From assembly GCA_046570105.1 (NCBI GenBank), contig JBKHVI010000010.1, forward strand, positions 1-64,000: DNA of 64,000 nucleotides, read 5' to 3'. This document shows positions 38,831 through 48,628 of this stretch, in pieces. Within the stretch, counting starts at the first letter, position 1. Each line of letters opens with the position of its first letter. Made by a program: the position numbers and the translations under genes. The notes under the pieces are model-generated. The model had not been told where the DNA came from. It made no database searches and was given only the letters and a program-made list of their open reading frames with translations. This stretch comes from Bacteriovoracia bacterium (GTDB taxonomy: Bacteria; Bdellovibrionota; Bacteriovoracia; Bacteriovoracales; Bacteriovoracaceae).

Positions 38831-39961
38831 ATGCGCGCATCTCAAGAATGGACATTTTTTTGTGTTATCACTCCAGGGCTCGAAGCTTTGGCGTTGCAGG
38901 AATTGCATGAGAAAAAAGCTGCCTTGGGCCTTAGCACGGAAGAAATTAAAAGCTTACCTGGTGGTATTGAGCTCACTCTCCCGTGGAACAAGGGCATAGG
39001 CCTTGTGCATCTTTTAAAAATTCCTACTCGTGTGATTGTGCGATTAACCACCATTACCGCGCGAGATTTTCCCAAGCTTCACCAAAAAGCTCTCAATCTG
39101 CCATGGACGAAGTGGCTTGCTCACCCTACTCCCAACTGGAAAATCACGGCTCATCAATGTCGTCTTATGCACACCGGCCGCCTGGAAGAGACTTTGTGTG
39201 AAGCGCTCAAAAAATCTCATATCAAAAGTCCGTTCTCAACTCGTTGGCAAAAAGAAAATATTGCTCCAGAAACTCTCTATGTTCGGGGAGTGGATGACGA
39301 GTGGACAATCTCCCTCGATATCACTGGCGATGCTCTCTACAAACGCGGTCTCTCTATTGTGAAAGGTGAAGCTCCTTTGCGCGAAACACTGGCACAGGCC
39401 TGCTTAAAATTTCTATTCACTGATTCTCCGCAAGAGGCGGTGACTTTATGGGATCCGATGTGTGGCTCGGGAACATTTTTATTTGAGGCCCTCACCGCTC
39501 ATTTGCCGAGTGATCGCTCCTTTAGTTATCTTGCAGGTGAACTCAATCGTGGAGTTGCTCCGTGGAAACCCTTTGCTGCTCCTCCTGCGTTTCCGATTGC
39601 TCTGGCCCATGGCTCTGATTTAAATCGAGAGCTGATTGCCAAACTTGTTCCCTTAGAAAAAATGAGTTTTTCGTGCGCGGATTTGTTTGGCCATCAACAG
39701 CAAAAATTTACCGCACCACTTTGGATTATCTCCAATCCGCCCTATGGTGAAAGGATAGAAATTAGCGAAGGTATTTCGGAATTCGTCAAAAAGCTGAGCC
39801 ATTCTCTCGGAGAAGCCCATCCTGAAAAAGTTCTTCTCTTGGTGCCTTCTTCATGGCCACATTTCAAAATTAAGGGTCAGAAATTTAATACTTATTTACG
39901 TTTTCTTAATGGAGGGCTCTCAGTGGAGGCCCGTCTCTGGGACTTTTCAGGTCTCACTTGA
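38831..39961 (+). CDS. THUMP-domain RNA methyltransferase (RlmL-like m2G)
   Basis: PGLEALALQEL, SLDITGDALYKRG, APLRETLA, DPMCGSGT, NPPYG. Confidence 0.88.
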   Translation: MRASQEWTFFCVITPGLEALALQELHEKKAALGLSTEEIKSLPGGIELTLPWNKGIGLVHLLKIPTRVIVRLTTITARDFPKLHQKALNLPWTKWLAHPTPNWKITAHQCRLMHTGRLEETLCEALKKSHIKSPFSTRWQKENIAPETLYVRGVDDEWTISLDITGDALYKRGLSIVKGEAPLRETLAQACLKFLFTDSPQEAVTLWDPMCGSGTFLFEALTAHLPSDRSFSYLAGELNRGVAPWKPFAAPPAFPIALAHGSDLNRELIAKLVPLEKMSFSCADLFGHQQQKFTAPLWIISNPPYGERIEISEGISEFVKKLSHSLGEAHPEKVLLLVPSSWPHFKIKGQKFNTYLRFLNGGLSVEARLWDFSGLT

Positions 39962-40015
39962 AGTAAATTCATTTTATGTGACCATAGAGATATCTACTTG
40001 AACCAAGGTAACTCG

Positions 40016-40363
40016 ATGGCGAACAAAATGACTGTAAACGCCGGCGATTGTCTCCTCTATGAAGGGGCCACCAGCAATACCATGTACTGGTTGCAGGCCG
40101 GACAACTGCTCGTCACGAAACGTAAAGGCTCAGGTGATATTGAACTTGGTCATATCTTTACTGGTGAGCTTGTCGGTGAAATGAATTTTCTCGATGGAAA
40201 ACCTCGAAGTGCTACCGTGAAAGCGGTGACTGATTGTGAATTAATTGAAATTCCGCGCGAAGCATTTGAGAAAGTTTTTGATGGTCAGCCGCAATGGTTC
40301 CAAGGATTGGTTAAAACTTTGACTGATCGCTTGAGAAAGACCAACGCAAAAGTGCGAATCTAA
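40016..40363 (+). CDS. Stand-alone cyclic nucleotide-binding domain protein
   Basis: GELVGEMNFLDGKPRSATVKA; no HTH. Confidence 0.88.
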   Translation: MANKMTVNAGDCLLYEGATSNTMYWLQAGQLLVTKRKGSGDIELGHIFTGELVGEMNFLDGKPRSATVKAVTDCELIEIPREAFEKVFDGQPQWFQGLVKTLTDRLRKTNAKVRI

Positions 40364-41502
40364 TCCACCAGGTGTAACTGACTTTTAGCGGGTGCTCCTG
40401 AACTCCAAGGAACAAATCCGACTTGTCCTTCGGCTAATTCAGCAACAGCTTCAAAGGCATCATCCTTTAACCAAGCAAGTTTTAATCGACGTACCTTACC
40501 AAGCGGACTGGTGACATCAAACTCCGCACCCACCTTGATGCCTTTGCCTATCACTCGAACCGCTAGCCATGCTTCTTTCTTCCCTTCCAGGACTTCGGCA
40601 CTGGCACTAGCGCGCTCTGATAAATGTTGATTCGTGAGTTTATCAAACAACACATTTGATTTGTTCACATCCCAATAGCCACGCATCCAAGCGCGACTCC
40701 AACTTTCTTGAATCATCTGCAAATTCGCCTCAGTCGGCCGAGTCAAGAACTCTGTCAGACGAGAAAAAGTCGCTGGATCAGTTTCATGACGATGATCAAT
40801 TCTAAGCCAATCGACTCCCACCTCTTGGATCTCGTTATAGCGCTCGAGGATAGAGAGATCTTTAGGATGAAACATCAAAGTTCCATGTTGATTTTCAAAC
40901 AGTGGAAAACCTTTATGTGGAGATTCTTCGCTCGCTCCTTCGGCCATCCATTCATCACCATGAGGAGCAGTCTCGAGACTTGAGAGCAGCGCCCTCGGTG
41001 AATGAAAGAGCAACAAAGGACCAAGCCCTAAAACTTCCATTTCAAGTTTGAGTTCTTGACGCCAAAGCTTAATGGTTTTTGCCGGCAACTCGGGAGACAA
41101 AACAATGCGCTTTAAGCGAGCGCCAAGTCGCTCACTCCAAGACTTGAGGGCCATAATATTGTGATGGCCTGCCTCGAGTAAGAGATGAATCGGCTCTTGC
41201 ATGTGATCTCGAACCCACAACACGGCCCCTGCATCACGCACTCGGATAGCATCAAATTTAAAATCGAGCGTCATCAAAAGAGTGATCAGTTTTTTAAAGC
41301 GAGGCTCTTCCATCAGAGCATCCCACTCCAGAACAACACTCAACTTATGTTCACGTGCTCTTTTGGCCAATTCAACTCCATCGCGCAACTCCAACGTGCC
41401 TCGACGAGAAAATTCTTTGATCCCGATGATCACCTCTGGTGTCTGAGATTCAACAAGTGCCTCAAGCTCGCGCGGATGAGTGAGATAGAGTGTCGTTTTC
41501 AT
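40360..41502 (-). CDS. Peptidase U32 family protein (TrhP1/YrrN-like, lacking the Fe-S Cys)
   Basis: RIVLSPEL, LLFHSPRALLS, ENQHGTLMFHPKDL, WLRID; ATGA overlap with the upstream U32 gene. Confidence 0.75.
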   Translation of the reverse strand: MKTTLYLTHPRELEALVESQTPEVIIGIKEFSRRGTLELRDGVELAKRAREHKLSVVLEWDALMEEPRFKKLITLLMTLDFKFDAIRVRDAGAVLWVRDHMQEPIHLLLEAGHHNIMALKSWSERLGARLKRIVLSPELPAKTIKLWRQELKLEMEVLGLGPLLLFHSPRALLSSLETAPHGDEWMAEGASEESPHKGFPLFENQHGTLMFHPKDLSILERYNEIQEVGVDWLRIDHRHETDPATFSRLTEFLTRPTEANLQMIQESWSRAWMRGYWDVNKSNVLFDKLTNQHLSERASASAEVLEGKKEAWLAVRVIGKGIKVGAEFDVTSPLGKVRRLKLAWLKDDAFEAVAELAEGQVGFVPWSSGAPAKSQLHLVD

Positions 41503-42689
41503 GGCTGCCACACTCGTACCACTTGGCCAGCAGCGGCTCCCTCGACCCACGGCAAACGTGCAAGGCCCGAAGGTCTGGTACGCAACAGAGGTGAAAAATC
41601 CGGGCCCATCATTTCATGAGTGGCAAGCGGAGTGATTTTTCCAGCAAACGTAAGTGCCTCTAGTTTTGCCGAGACATCAAATGATTGTCGGCACTCTATG
41701 AGGATACCGCGTTTTTCGCTGGCACTTAAAATAACTCCGGCCATTCCCCAGGCATGCTCCACATGGTCACGTTCATCGTAGATGGAACTCTTATCCGCCG
41801 GGGCTTCAAGACTTGCTAGAGTGGCATCGCGATGAGGAAGTTTGCGCAGCTCCTGGGTCCACATCTCCCAAGGAGCGCTATCCCATGAGCCGTGTTCTTT
41901 CCAAAAATCCAAGGCCAAACGATAAACTCGTGTTGTGGTGGCGGCATAGAGCGGACTCTTCATGCGGCCTTCAATTTTCAAAGAGACGATCCCCTCTTGC
42001 ACAAAGCGCGGCAGGGCCATCAATCCTTCTAAATCTTTTGAACTCATAAAATAGGAGCTTTCACGCTCAGTCTCAGAGAATTTAATATCGTAACTAAAAC
42101 GACAACTGTGAGCGCAACCACCACGATTTGAATCACGGCCTTGGGTAAAATTGGAAATCACACAATGGCCTGAATAGGCCATGCACATGGCCCCGTGGAC
42201 AAACATTTCCATTTCAACACCGCTCAAGCGTTGCAGCTCTCCCGCATCGTGAACCGTTACTTCACGGCCCAAGACAACACGGGTAGCACCCAATTCTTTC
42301 CAGGCCATTACACCCGAATGATTGAGCACGGAGGCCTGAGTAGAAACGTGCAGCGGAATGGGCCCATGCTCACGCACCAACAAGGCCACACCAGGATCAG
42401 AGACAATCACTGCATCAACAGCAATTGATTTTAGAAAACGGATGAAGTCAGGCAATTCGATTAAGTCTTGGTCGTGCAAAAAACCATTCAACACCACATA
42501 GACTTTGGCGTGGCGTTCATGAGCAAACGAGACCCCTACCGCTAACTCATCACGCGTGAAATTATCCGCTGCGGCCCTGAGGCCATAGTCTTGTCCGGCA
42601 CAGTAAACAGCATCTGCTCCGTAGAGCACAGCGGTTTTAAGCTTGTCTAAATTGCCGGCCGGGGCCAGGAGTTCTGGAGTAAATCGCAT
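41499..42689 (-). CDS. Peptidase U32 family protein (TrhP/YrrO-like tRNA hydroxylation protein)
   Basis: ELLAPAG, GADAVY, HVSTQ, HGAMCMAYSGHC, NRGGCAHSCR, SLKIEGRMKS. Confidence 0.88.
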   Translation of the reverse strand: MRFTPELLAPAGNLDKLKTAVLYGADAVYCAGQDYGLRAAADNFTRDELAVGVSFAHERHAKVYVVLNGFLHDQDLIELPDFIRFLKSIAVDAVIVSDPGVALLVREHGPIPLHVSTQASVLNHSGVMAWKELGATRVVLGREVTVHDAGELQRLSGVEMEMFVHGAMCMAYSGHCVISNFTQGRDSNRGGCAHSCRFSYDIKFSETERESSYFMSSKDLEGLMALPRFVQEGIVSLKIEGRMKSPLYAATTTRVYRLALDFWKEHGSWDSAPWEMWTQELRKLPHRDATLASLEAPADKSSIYDERDHVEHAWGMAGVILSASEKRGILIECRQSFDVSAKLEALTFAGKITPLATHEMMGPDFSPLLRTRPSGLARLPWVEGAAAGQVVRVWQP

Positions 42690-42743
42690 CGTCATAACGT
42701 CAACGTTTACCAAAATGGATGCGTTTGTTAAACTCATTCCAAG

Positions 42744-43859
42744 ATGTTGAAAAAACTCCTTATTGTGCTCCCCCTAGGGTTTCTCGTTCTCCTTGGAATG
42801 TCGTTTTTCCAGCGGATTGAAAAAAACCCTCACGGGGTGATCCCTGCTCCCTATAAATTTGCTGAATTGGGTGAAAAAATCCAAGTCGACGCCCCGTTAC
42901 TCATTGCTGGCGATCGAATGGCCCAACGATTTGGGCTGTTTAAGGAAACCCTTTCTCTAGAAATCTCTCAAGGATTGAGTAAAGCGCTTAAAGTCGGTGT
43001 TTTGGCCAAAGAGAATCAAGGCATGCATCGGACACTCAACCAAATGGAAAATCTCGCACAATGGCCAAAAGTTGTCATTTATACTGGTGGCTCAGAAGAA
43101 ATGGTGGAAGATAAATTTTTAATTCAACAGATTCCCATCATCCGCACTAATTTTGAACGCTACCAAGACGACCGTTGGCGCACACTGATGATGCTCATGC
43201 CAGAAAGTGCTCGCCTGATTTATGAGCCACTGGAACGAATTATTTTGGCAGATTCTCCTAAAATTGCTGACGAAAAAGGCGAAGAAGAATTTCAAAGAGG
43301 GCTAGAAATCAGTTTACGACTTTATGAGATTGAACTTTTAAGATTTATCGAAGAAGCACGATCACACGATACACTCTTAATTCTTATGACAGTGCCAGTT
43401 AACTTAGATATTGCTCCTAAAAAAACTTGTGAAATAACTCGCACACCGGAAGCTGTGAGTGAGATGGAAGCGATTCGCACTCTTTTGAAACAACAAGATT
43501 ATAAGGCGGCCTATCCTCGCTCCAAGACACTCATGGAAACCAGCCTGGCCAATGCCGAAGTTCACTATCTATTCGGTCAAATTGCCCATCGAGTAGGTCA
43601 GCACGAAGAATCAAAAATAGCTCTGAAAAAAGCCGCCGCTTATGATTGTAAATCTTGGCGTGCCAATGAAATGACTAATAATATTATTAGAAAAGTCGCC
43701 GATTCTGAACGAGTGACGTTGTTTGATTTCTCTGCTTTGGTAGAAGAAGATTGGAATCGAAACACCACATTTTTCGATGAGATTTATCCCCAAGACCTCT
43801 ATTACGAGAGGGCGAATAAGGCCTTGGCGGTGGTTTTGAAGCGCTTACTTAAAATTTAA
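42744..43859 (+). CDS. Membrane-anchored SGNH-like/TPR protein
   Basis: N-terminal TM; IAGDR; TPR-like AEVHYLFGQIA; FFDEIYP. Confidence 0.6.
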   Translation: MLKKLLIVLPLGFLVLLGMSFFQRIEKNPHGVIPAPYKFAELGEKIQVDAPLLIAGDRMAQRFGLFKETLSLEISQGLSKALKVGVLAKENQGMHRTLNQMENLAQWPKVVIYTGGSEEMVEDKFLIQQIPIIRTNFERYQDDRWRTLMMLMPESARLIYEPLERIILADSPKIADEKGEEEFQRGLEISLRLYEIELLRFIEEARSHDTLLILMTVPVNLDIAPKKTCEITRTPEAVSEMEAIRTLLKQQDYKAAYPRSKTLMETSLANAEVHYLFGQIAHRVGQHEESKIALKKAAAYDCKSWRANEMTNNIIRKVADSERVTLFDFSALVEEDWNRNTTFFDEIYPQDLYYERANKALAVVLKRLLKI

Positions 43860-43871
43860 CAAGGATCCCCT

Positions 43872-44297
43872 ATGAAGACATTTACCATTCATCTCGAAAA
43901 AGACGATGTCCTCTGCCATGAAGGCGATCAAGAAACAGATCTCTACTTGGTTATCAAGGGAGAGCTGTTAGTGTGTGTGCGCAAAGAAAGCCAAGTCACA
44001 GCTGTCGCTCGTCTGGGTGCGGGCGAATATATTGGCGAGTTGTCATTTTTTGATAATGAACCTCGCGGCGCCGATATTATTGCCCTTGAATCGTGTCAGT
44101 TAGTTAAAATTCCCGCCGAGGAGATCCGCGCCAACTTCCCCCACTGGATCACCACCTTAGGCCAAACCCTGGCACAGAAACTTAGACTGCATGATGATGT
44201 CATTCGCCAGCGAGGCATCAAGAAATCAAAAGTCGAAACCATCAAACCTTTGTCGATGGACGAACAACGACACTACTTCCAGCTTTTGAGTAAATAA
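43872..44297 (+). CDS. Stand-alone cyclic nucleotide-binding domain protein
   Basis: GEYIGELSFFDNEPRGADIIA. Confidence 0.88.
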   Translation: MKTFTIHLEKDDVLCHEGDQETDLYLVIKGELLVCVRKESQVTAVARLGAGEYIGELSFFDNEPRGADIIALESCQLVKIPAEEIRANFPHWITTLGQTLAQKLRLHDDVIRQRGIKKSKVETIKPLSMDEQRHYFQLLSK

Positions 44298-44394
44298 ATC
44301 CGCTTTTATCCCCTTTTGGCCCCATGCGTCCCGAAAAGGCACCGCTTTTCGGCGCCAAGCTGTCTCCGGCCTGGCAAATTTAGGCCTTAAAACT

Positions 44395-44410
44395 TGGCAC
44401 GAGACTTGAA
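44395..44410 (+). promoter_or_regulatory. Sigma-54-type promoter candidate
   Basis: TGGCACG-N4-TTGA versus consensus TGGCACG-N4-TTGC. Confidence 0.4.
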
Positions 44411-44484
44411 ACACCTTTGTTGAGGATGAGGCCATGAAGGCCCTCCTAAGGCCATCTGGCCTATAACCAACACGGAGGTTCCTT

Positions 44485-44646
44485 ATGAAAATCACAATGC
44501 TTATTTTGGTCGCTTTTTTTACTGTCGCTTGTGCCTCACCTTCTCGCGGTATTAACTCGCAGGAAGAAGGACACGCGTCTAACGAACCTCAGGGTCTTTC
44601 ACCCCGTGATCATGCCAATTTTTACACGGCCGGTATGAGATACTAA
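44485..44646 (+). CDS. Small lipoprotein (53 aa), not in the ORF track
   Basis: SD GGAGG; MKITMLILVAFFTVA-CASPSRGINSQEEGHASNEPQGLSPRDHANFYTAGMRY. Confidence 0.75.
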   Translation: MKITMLILVAFFTVACASPSRGINSQEEGHASNEPQGLSPRDHANFYTAGMRY

Positions 44647-44705
44647 CGGCCCTTGTCAGACACGTAAGTCCCACTTATAAATTCATCATAATAAATTGAT
44701 GATCG

Positions 44706-44732
44706 CCGCCCCCCTTAGGGGGCGGTTTTTTT
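44706..44732 (+). terminator. Intrinsic terminator directly upstream of speA
   Basis: CCGCCCCC-CTTA-GGGGGCGG-TTTTTTT. Confidence 0.85.
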
Positions 44733-44752
44733 ATGAGCTTTGGGGGACACCG

Positions 44753-46696
44753 GTGAAGCAATCTTACTCACAGTCGGCCACTCGTTTTCAAAATGTTGAT
44801 GCATTTAAAGAGTGGACTGTTGAAGCGGCGGATGAAACCTATCAAATCTCGCGTTGGGGTGAAGGCTACTTTGCCATTAACAGCATAGGCGATCTTTGTG
44901 TTCTACCAAAGAAAGACCCGCAGGGTCCGCGTATCAACATGATGGAAGTTCTTGAGGAAATGAAACTTAAGAAATTAGCGTTCCCAGCGGTGATTCGTTT
45001 TCACGACATTCTAAGATCTCAAGTCGCCAACATCAACAAAACATTCCGCGCTACTATTGAAGAAGCACGCTACAACGGCCAGTACATGGGTGTTTATCCC
45101 ATTAAGGTGAATCAGATGCGTGAAGTCGTCGATGAAATCGTCGATGCCGGCGCACCTTATAACTACGGTCTAGAGGCCGGTTCTAAACCTGAGCTCATCG
45201 CAGCTCTGGCGATGAATACTAATCAAAACTCACTGACTATTTTGAATGGCTACAAAGACGAAGACTTCTTGCGCCTGGCCCTCTTGGGTAACCAGCTCGG
45301 TCGCAAAGTTATTGTTGTTATCGAAAAATATTCTGAACTCACTCAGCTCTTGGCCCTTTCTGAAAAAGTGGGAGTTGAGCCTATCATCGGTATTCGCGCC
45401 AAGCTTGCCACTAAGTCGACGGGTAAATGGGCCGGCTCTTCTGGTGATTATGCCAAATTTGGTCTGACTATTCCTGAAGTGCTCCAGGCCGTGCGTCACA
45501 TGAAAAAGATTGGCAAAGAACATTGCCTTAAACTTTTCCACTTCCATATCGGTTCTCAGATTCCAGATATCCGCACAATCAAAGACTCAATCACCGAAGG
45601 TGCTCGCATCTTCTGTAAATTAGTTAAAGAAGGCGCCAAGCTTGAGTACTTCGATGTCGGCGGTGGCGTAGGTGTTAACTACGACGGTACTGGTTCAATT
45701 AACTACACTCTTAAAGATTATGTTGGTGACGTCGTTTATATCTTAAAACAAACCTGTGACCTAGAAGATGTCCCCCATCCTAATATTGTTTCTGAGTCTG
45801 GTCGCTTGGTGACAGCTCACCACTCTTGCGTTGTTACCAATGTTTTCGGTGCCATCGAAATTGGAAAATCAGAACTTCCGACCGAGAAGGCCATGAATGA
45901 GCACGTCCTAGTCACAAACATCCGCGATATCTCTGGTGACCTTACCGAGAAAAACTACAAAGATGTCTACGCCGATGCTTTGAAAATTAAAGAAGATACT
46001 GAAAGTGCATTTAAGCTCGGGGTACTCTCACTTGAAGAGCGCACTAAAGTTGAAACGCTCTTCTGGAAGATTACTCGTTCCGTAGTTGAAGTATCAAAAA
46101 AAGATGAATACGCACCTGATGAAATTTTGATGCTCAGAAATCAAATGGCATCACAATACCTCTCCAATCTTTCTATCTTCCAATCTGCTCCAGATACTTG
46201 GGGGATTGGCCAGATCCTACCGGTAGTACCAATACATCGCTTAAATCAAAAGCCAGAGGTATTGGCGAGTATTGCTGATATAACTTGTGACTCTGACGGC
46301 AAGATTGATTGCTTCCTCTCCCCCGATGGTCCATCTAACACTGTGCCATTACATAAACTAACCGAAGGTGAAGACTACTACCTCGGGCTCTTTATGACGG
46401 GTGCTTACCAAGACATCATGGGTGATATGCATAACTGCTTTGGTCGCTTGAATGAAGTGCATGTGTTCTGCGACGATGATGATCCAACTGACTTCTATAT
46501 TGAAGAAATCATTCCTGGCAATCGTTCCGACCAAGTACTGAAGACGCTTCAGTATAATCCTGAAACGATGGCACAAACCATGAAGGCGAATATCGATCTA
46601 CAGGTTAAACGCGGTAAGATTCGTCCGCGTGAAGGTGTGGATCTGACAGACTTCTATGAGAATTGTCTCGGCAGCTATACTTATTTGCGTAAGTAA
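44753..46696 (+). CDS. speA: Biosynthetic arginine decarboxylase
   Basis: WGEGYF, YPIKVNQ (PLP Lys), GLEAGSKPEL, HFHIGSQ, ESGR, DITCDSDG, GAYQDIMG; GTG 44753 has SD GGGGGA. Confidence 0.96.
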   Translation: MKQSYSQSATRFQNVDAFKEWTVEAADETYQISRWGEGYFAINSIGDLCVLPKKDPQGPRINMMEVLEEMKLKKLAFPAVIRFHDILRSQVANINKTFRATIEEARYNGQYMGVYPIKVNQMREVVDEIVDAGAPYNYGLEAGSKPELIAALAMNTNQNSLTILNGYKDEDFLRLALLGNQLGRKVIVVIEKYSELTQLLALSEKVGVEPIIGIRAKLATKSTGKWAGSSGDYAKFGLTIPEVLQAVRHMKKIGKEHCLKLFHFHIGSQIPDIRTIKDSITEGARIFCKLVKEGAKLEYFDVGGGVGVNYDGTGSINYTLKDYVGDVVYILKQTCDLEDVPHPNIVSESGRLVTAHHSCVVTNVFGAIEIGKSELPTEKAMNEHVLVTNIRDISGDLTEKNYKDVYADALKIKEDTESAFKLGVLSLEERTKVETLFWKITRSVVEVSKKDEYAPDEILMLRNQMASQYLSNLSIFQSAPDTWGIGQILPVVPIHRLNQKPEVLASIADITCDSDGKIDCFLSPDGPSNTVPLHKLTEGEDYYLGLFMTGAYQDIMGDMHNCFGRLNEVHVFCDDDDPTDFYIEEIIPGNRSDQVLKTLQYNPETMAQTMKANIDLQVKRGKIRPREGVDLTDFYENCLGSYTYLRK

Positions 46697-47704
46697 CTAC
46701 TGCTTCACACATAGAACCATAAGAAGCTGTAACACTTTCGTTTCAACAGTTGATCCTGAACCACTCTCGACATCACTTAATAGGCCAGAGTGAGTAAGGG
46801 CACGATACCCATCGGGACATGTCTGTCCCTCTAGGCGAAAACCTCTAAATGCGTCGATGAAAACACATTTCGGCTGGGTCATCACATGTCCCTCACAAAA
46901 TGTTCCATCCGTCTGTAATGCCGGATGAGTTGCAATATATGGAGTGTGACCTACAAAAGATCCGCTGCATTCGTAGTTGACCACACCGCATACGCTTCCA
47001 ACTGTAATTTCTTTAACAATCGTTTGAGTAAGCGGTTTTTCTTGGGGTGGCTTCTCGGCAACAGCAATAGGTTGAGGCAAAATGACCGGCGCAGCAGCGA
47101 AAGTATCATTTTGATAGCAATCCTGAATCAACTGCCCCGTGCTTTCAACGACTAATTGGAGTGGAATTGGTTTGGCGAGAACGGGTTCACCCCCATTAAT
47201 TGGCTGCCAGACGATTTGTAAGCCTGCTTCCATCACATTTGAACTTCCCAAATTTTTAATGGGAGTTTTATGCTCAGATGTAAAATAGATATCTTGAACC
47301 TTTTGACCACTGATCTCTTTATCGATCTCCAGTACTACTTCATTTTTTAACATCACTTTTACAATATCTTCGGCGGGTGGAATCTCTTCCGTATTCAAAA
47401 ACTTTGCCAGCTTTCCTTCTCGATTTATAAAAGCGGATTGGCAAACACCAGGCTTTTTTAACTCTTCAGCAAGCTGCACGAGCCATTCCTCATGTGAGAG
47501 GCCAACAGTCCCACCCTTAGCGGAGTCGGGTCTTGGTGCAGGCGAATTAGTCGCCGAAGGTTCGTTCGCTTTAGCTTTGTTGTTAACTGGGATCGTTTGG
47601 ATTTTTTTTATATCATTGAGGATGTAATACGTAAGACTGGCCAAAATCACTAACATGACTGCTACCGGCTTCAAACTCATGCCATTTTGATTAAGGAGTT
47701 TCAT
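46697..47704 (-). CDS. Pilin-like/exported hypothetical protein with Cys-rich C-terminal domain
   Basis: N-terminus MKLLNQNG|MSLKPVAVMLVILASLTYYIL; eight Cys. Confidence 0.6.
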   Translation of the reverse strand: MKLLNQNGMSLKPVAVMLVILASLTYYILNDIKKIQTIPVNNKAKANEPSATNSPAPRPDSAKGGTVGLSHEEWLVQLAEELKKPGVCQSAFINREGKLAKFLNTEEIPPAEDIVKVMLKNEVVLEIDKEISGQKVQDIYFTSEHKTPIKNLGSSNVMEAGLQIVWQPINGGEPVLAKPIPLQLVVESTGQLIQDCYQNDTFAAAPVILPQPIAVAEKPPQEKPLTQTIVKEITVGSVCGVVNYECSGSFVGHTPYIATHPALQTDGTFCEGHVMTQPKCVFIDAFRGFRLEGQTCPDGYRALTHSGLLSDVESGSGSTVETKVLQLLMVLCVKQ

Positions 47705-48215
47705 TCAACATTGCCAAATATTGGTCTTTGTAATTGAGATAAGATTTATAGTGATTTCCATAACGCTCTTTTTCTATTTCTGTCAGCTCTCGCTGAATGC
47801 TCGCAGGCCTTCCCATGATCATGCTCCCTGGAGGAAACACTTTTCCGGGAGGAACTAATGTGCCAGCAGCGACTACAGAATTTTCACCAATCATCGCCCC
47901 ATCTAAAATAATGGCACCCATTCCAATCAAACAACTATCCCCAATAGTACAGCCATGCATAACCACACTATGTCCGATGCTGACATTTTTTCCAATGGTC
48001 AGATCATTCTTCTCGGTCACATGGAGCATACTCAAATCTTGTACATTGGTATTATCTCCAATCCTGATAAAATTAACATCCGCTCGCACTACGGCGTTGT
48101 GCCAAATAGAAACATGATTTCCAAATATGGCACGGCCGACAATTTGTGCGCCGGGAGCGATATAAACCTGTGCGCCAAACTGATGTGTCCAATGTAAGTA
48201 ACGATGAATGGGCAT
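47691..48215 (-). CDS. Gamma-carbonic anhydrase family hexapeptide-repeat protein
   Basis: IWHNAVVRADVN, NVQD..LH, IGHSVVMHGC; ATG 48215 with SD GGAG. Confidence 0.92.
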   Translation of the reverse strand: MPIHRYLHWTHQFGAQVYIAPGAQIVGRAIFGNHVSIWHNAVVRADVNFIRIGDNTNVQDLSMLHVTEKNDLTIGKNVSIGHSVVMHGCTIGDSCLIGMGAIILDGAMIGENSVVAAGTLVPPGKVFPPGSMIMGRPASIQRELTEIEKERYGNHYKSYLNYKDQYLAMLNETP

Positions 48216-48268
48216 GACGACTCTCCGTAGTCTCGACAATATCTCTATTCTAGCGCAAGCTGGATTCT

Positions 48269-48628
48269 GTGGGGAAACAGATTACCCTTCCTCATCTCTC
48301 AAGTATGTCACTCGCGAACCCAAATATTCCAAACGACTGGGGACTAGATCCCTCATCGCCGCATAGTAAAAGACTCAATGAACAATTGGGAGCACTCGCC
48401 CGTCGTCTTGTAAAAAGTTATCATGAAACAGCTGGCGATAAATCAGCGCGACAAGAAGTTATTTATCGGTTTTATCGTAAATTCTATACTATGACGCTCT
48501 GTAAATCGTGCCAGGAAGCAGGTGTGAATCGCACACCTGCACGTGATCGAATTCTTGATTTCCCATGGTGGGAATTAGAGGAAAATAGATTTATGTGTCT
48601 TAAAATCTGGGAAAAGATTAACAAATGA
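48269..48628 (+). CDS. Hypothetical protein
   Basis: Stop overlaps the maf ATG (ATGA); one CxxC; start uncertain (48269 or 48305). Confidence 0.55.
   Translation: MGKQITLPHLSSMSLANPNIPNDWGLDPSSPHSKRLNEQLGALARRLVKSYHETAGDKSARQEVIYRFYRKFYTMTLCKSCQEAGVNRTPARDRILDFPWWELEENRFMCLKIWEKINK

Noticed and set aside
44325..44390. c-di-GMP-I riboswitch-like words (GGCGCCAAGC...CTCCGGCCT)
   Set aside because: Lacks the GNRA-capped stem, the GCAAA receptor and a closing P1.
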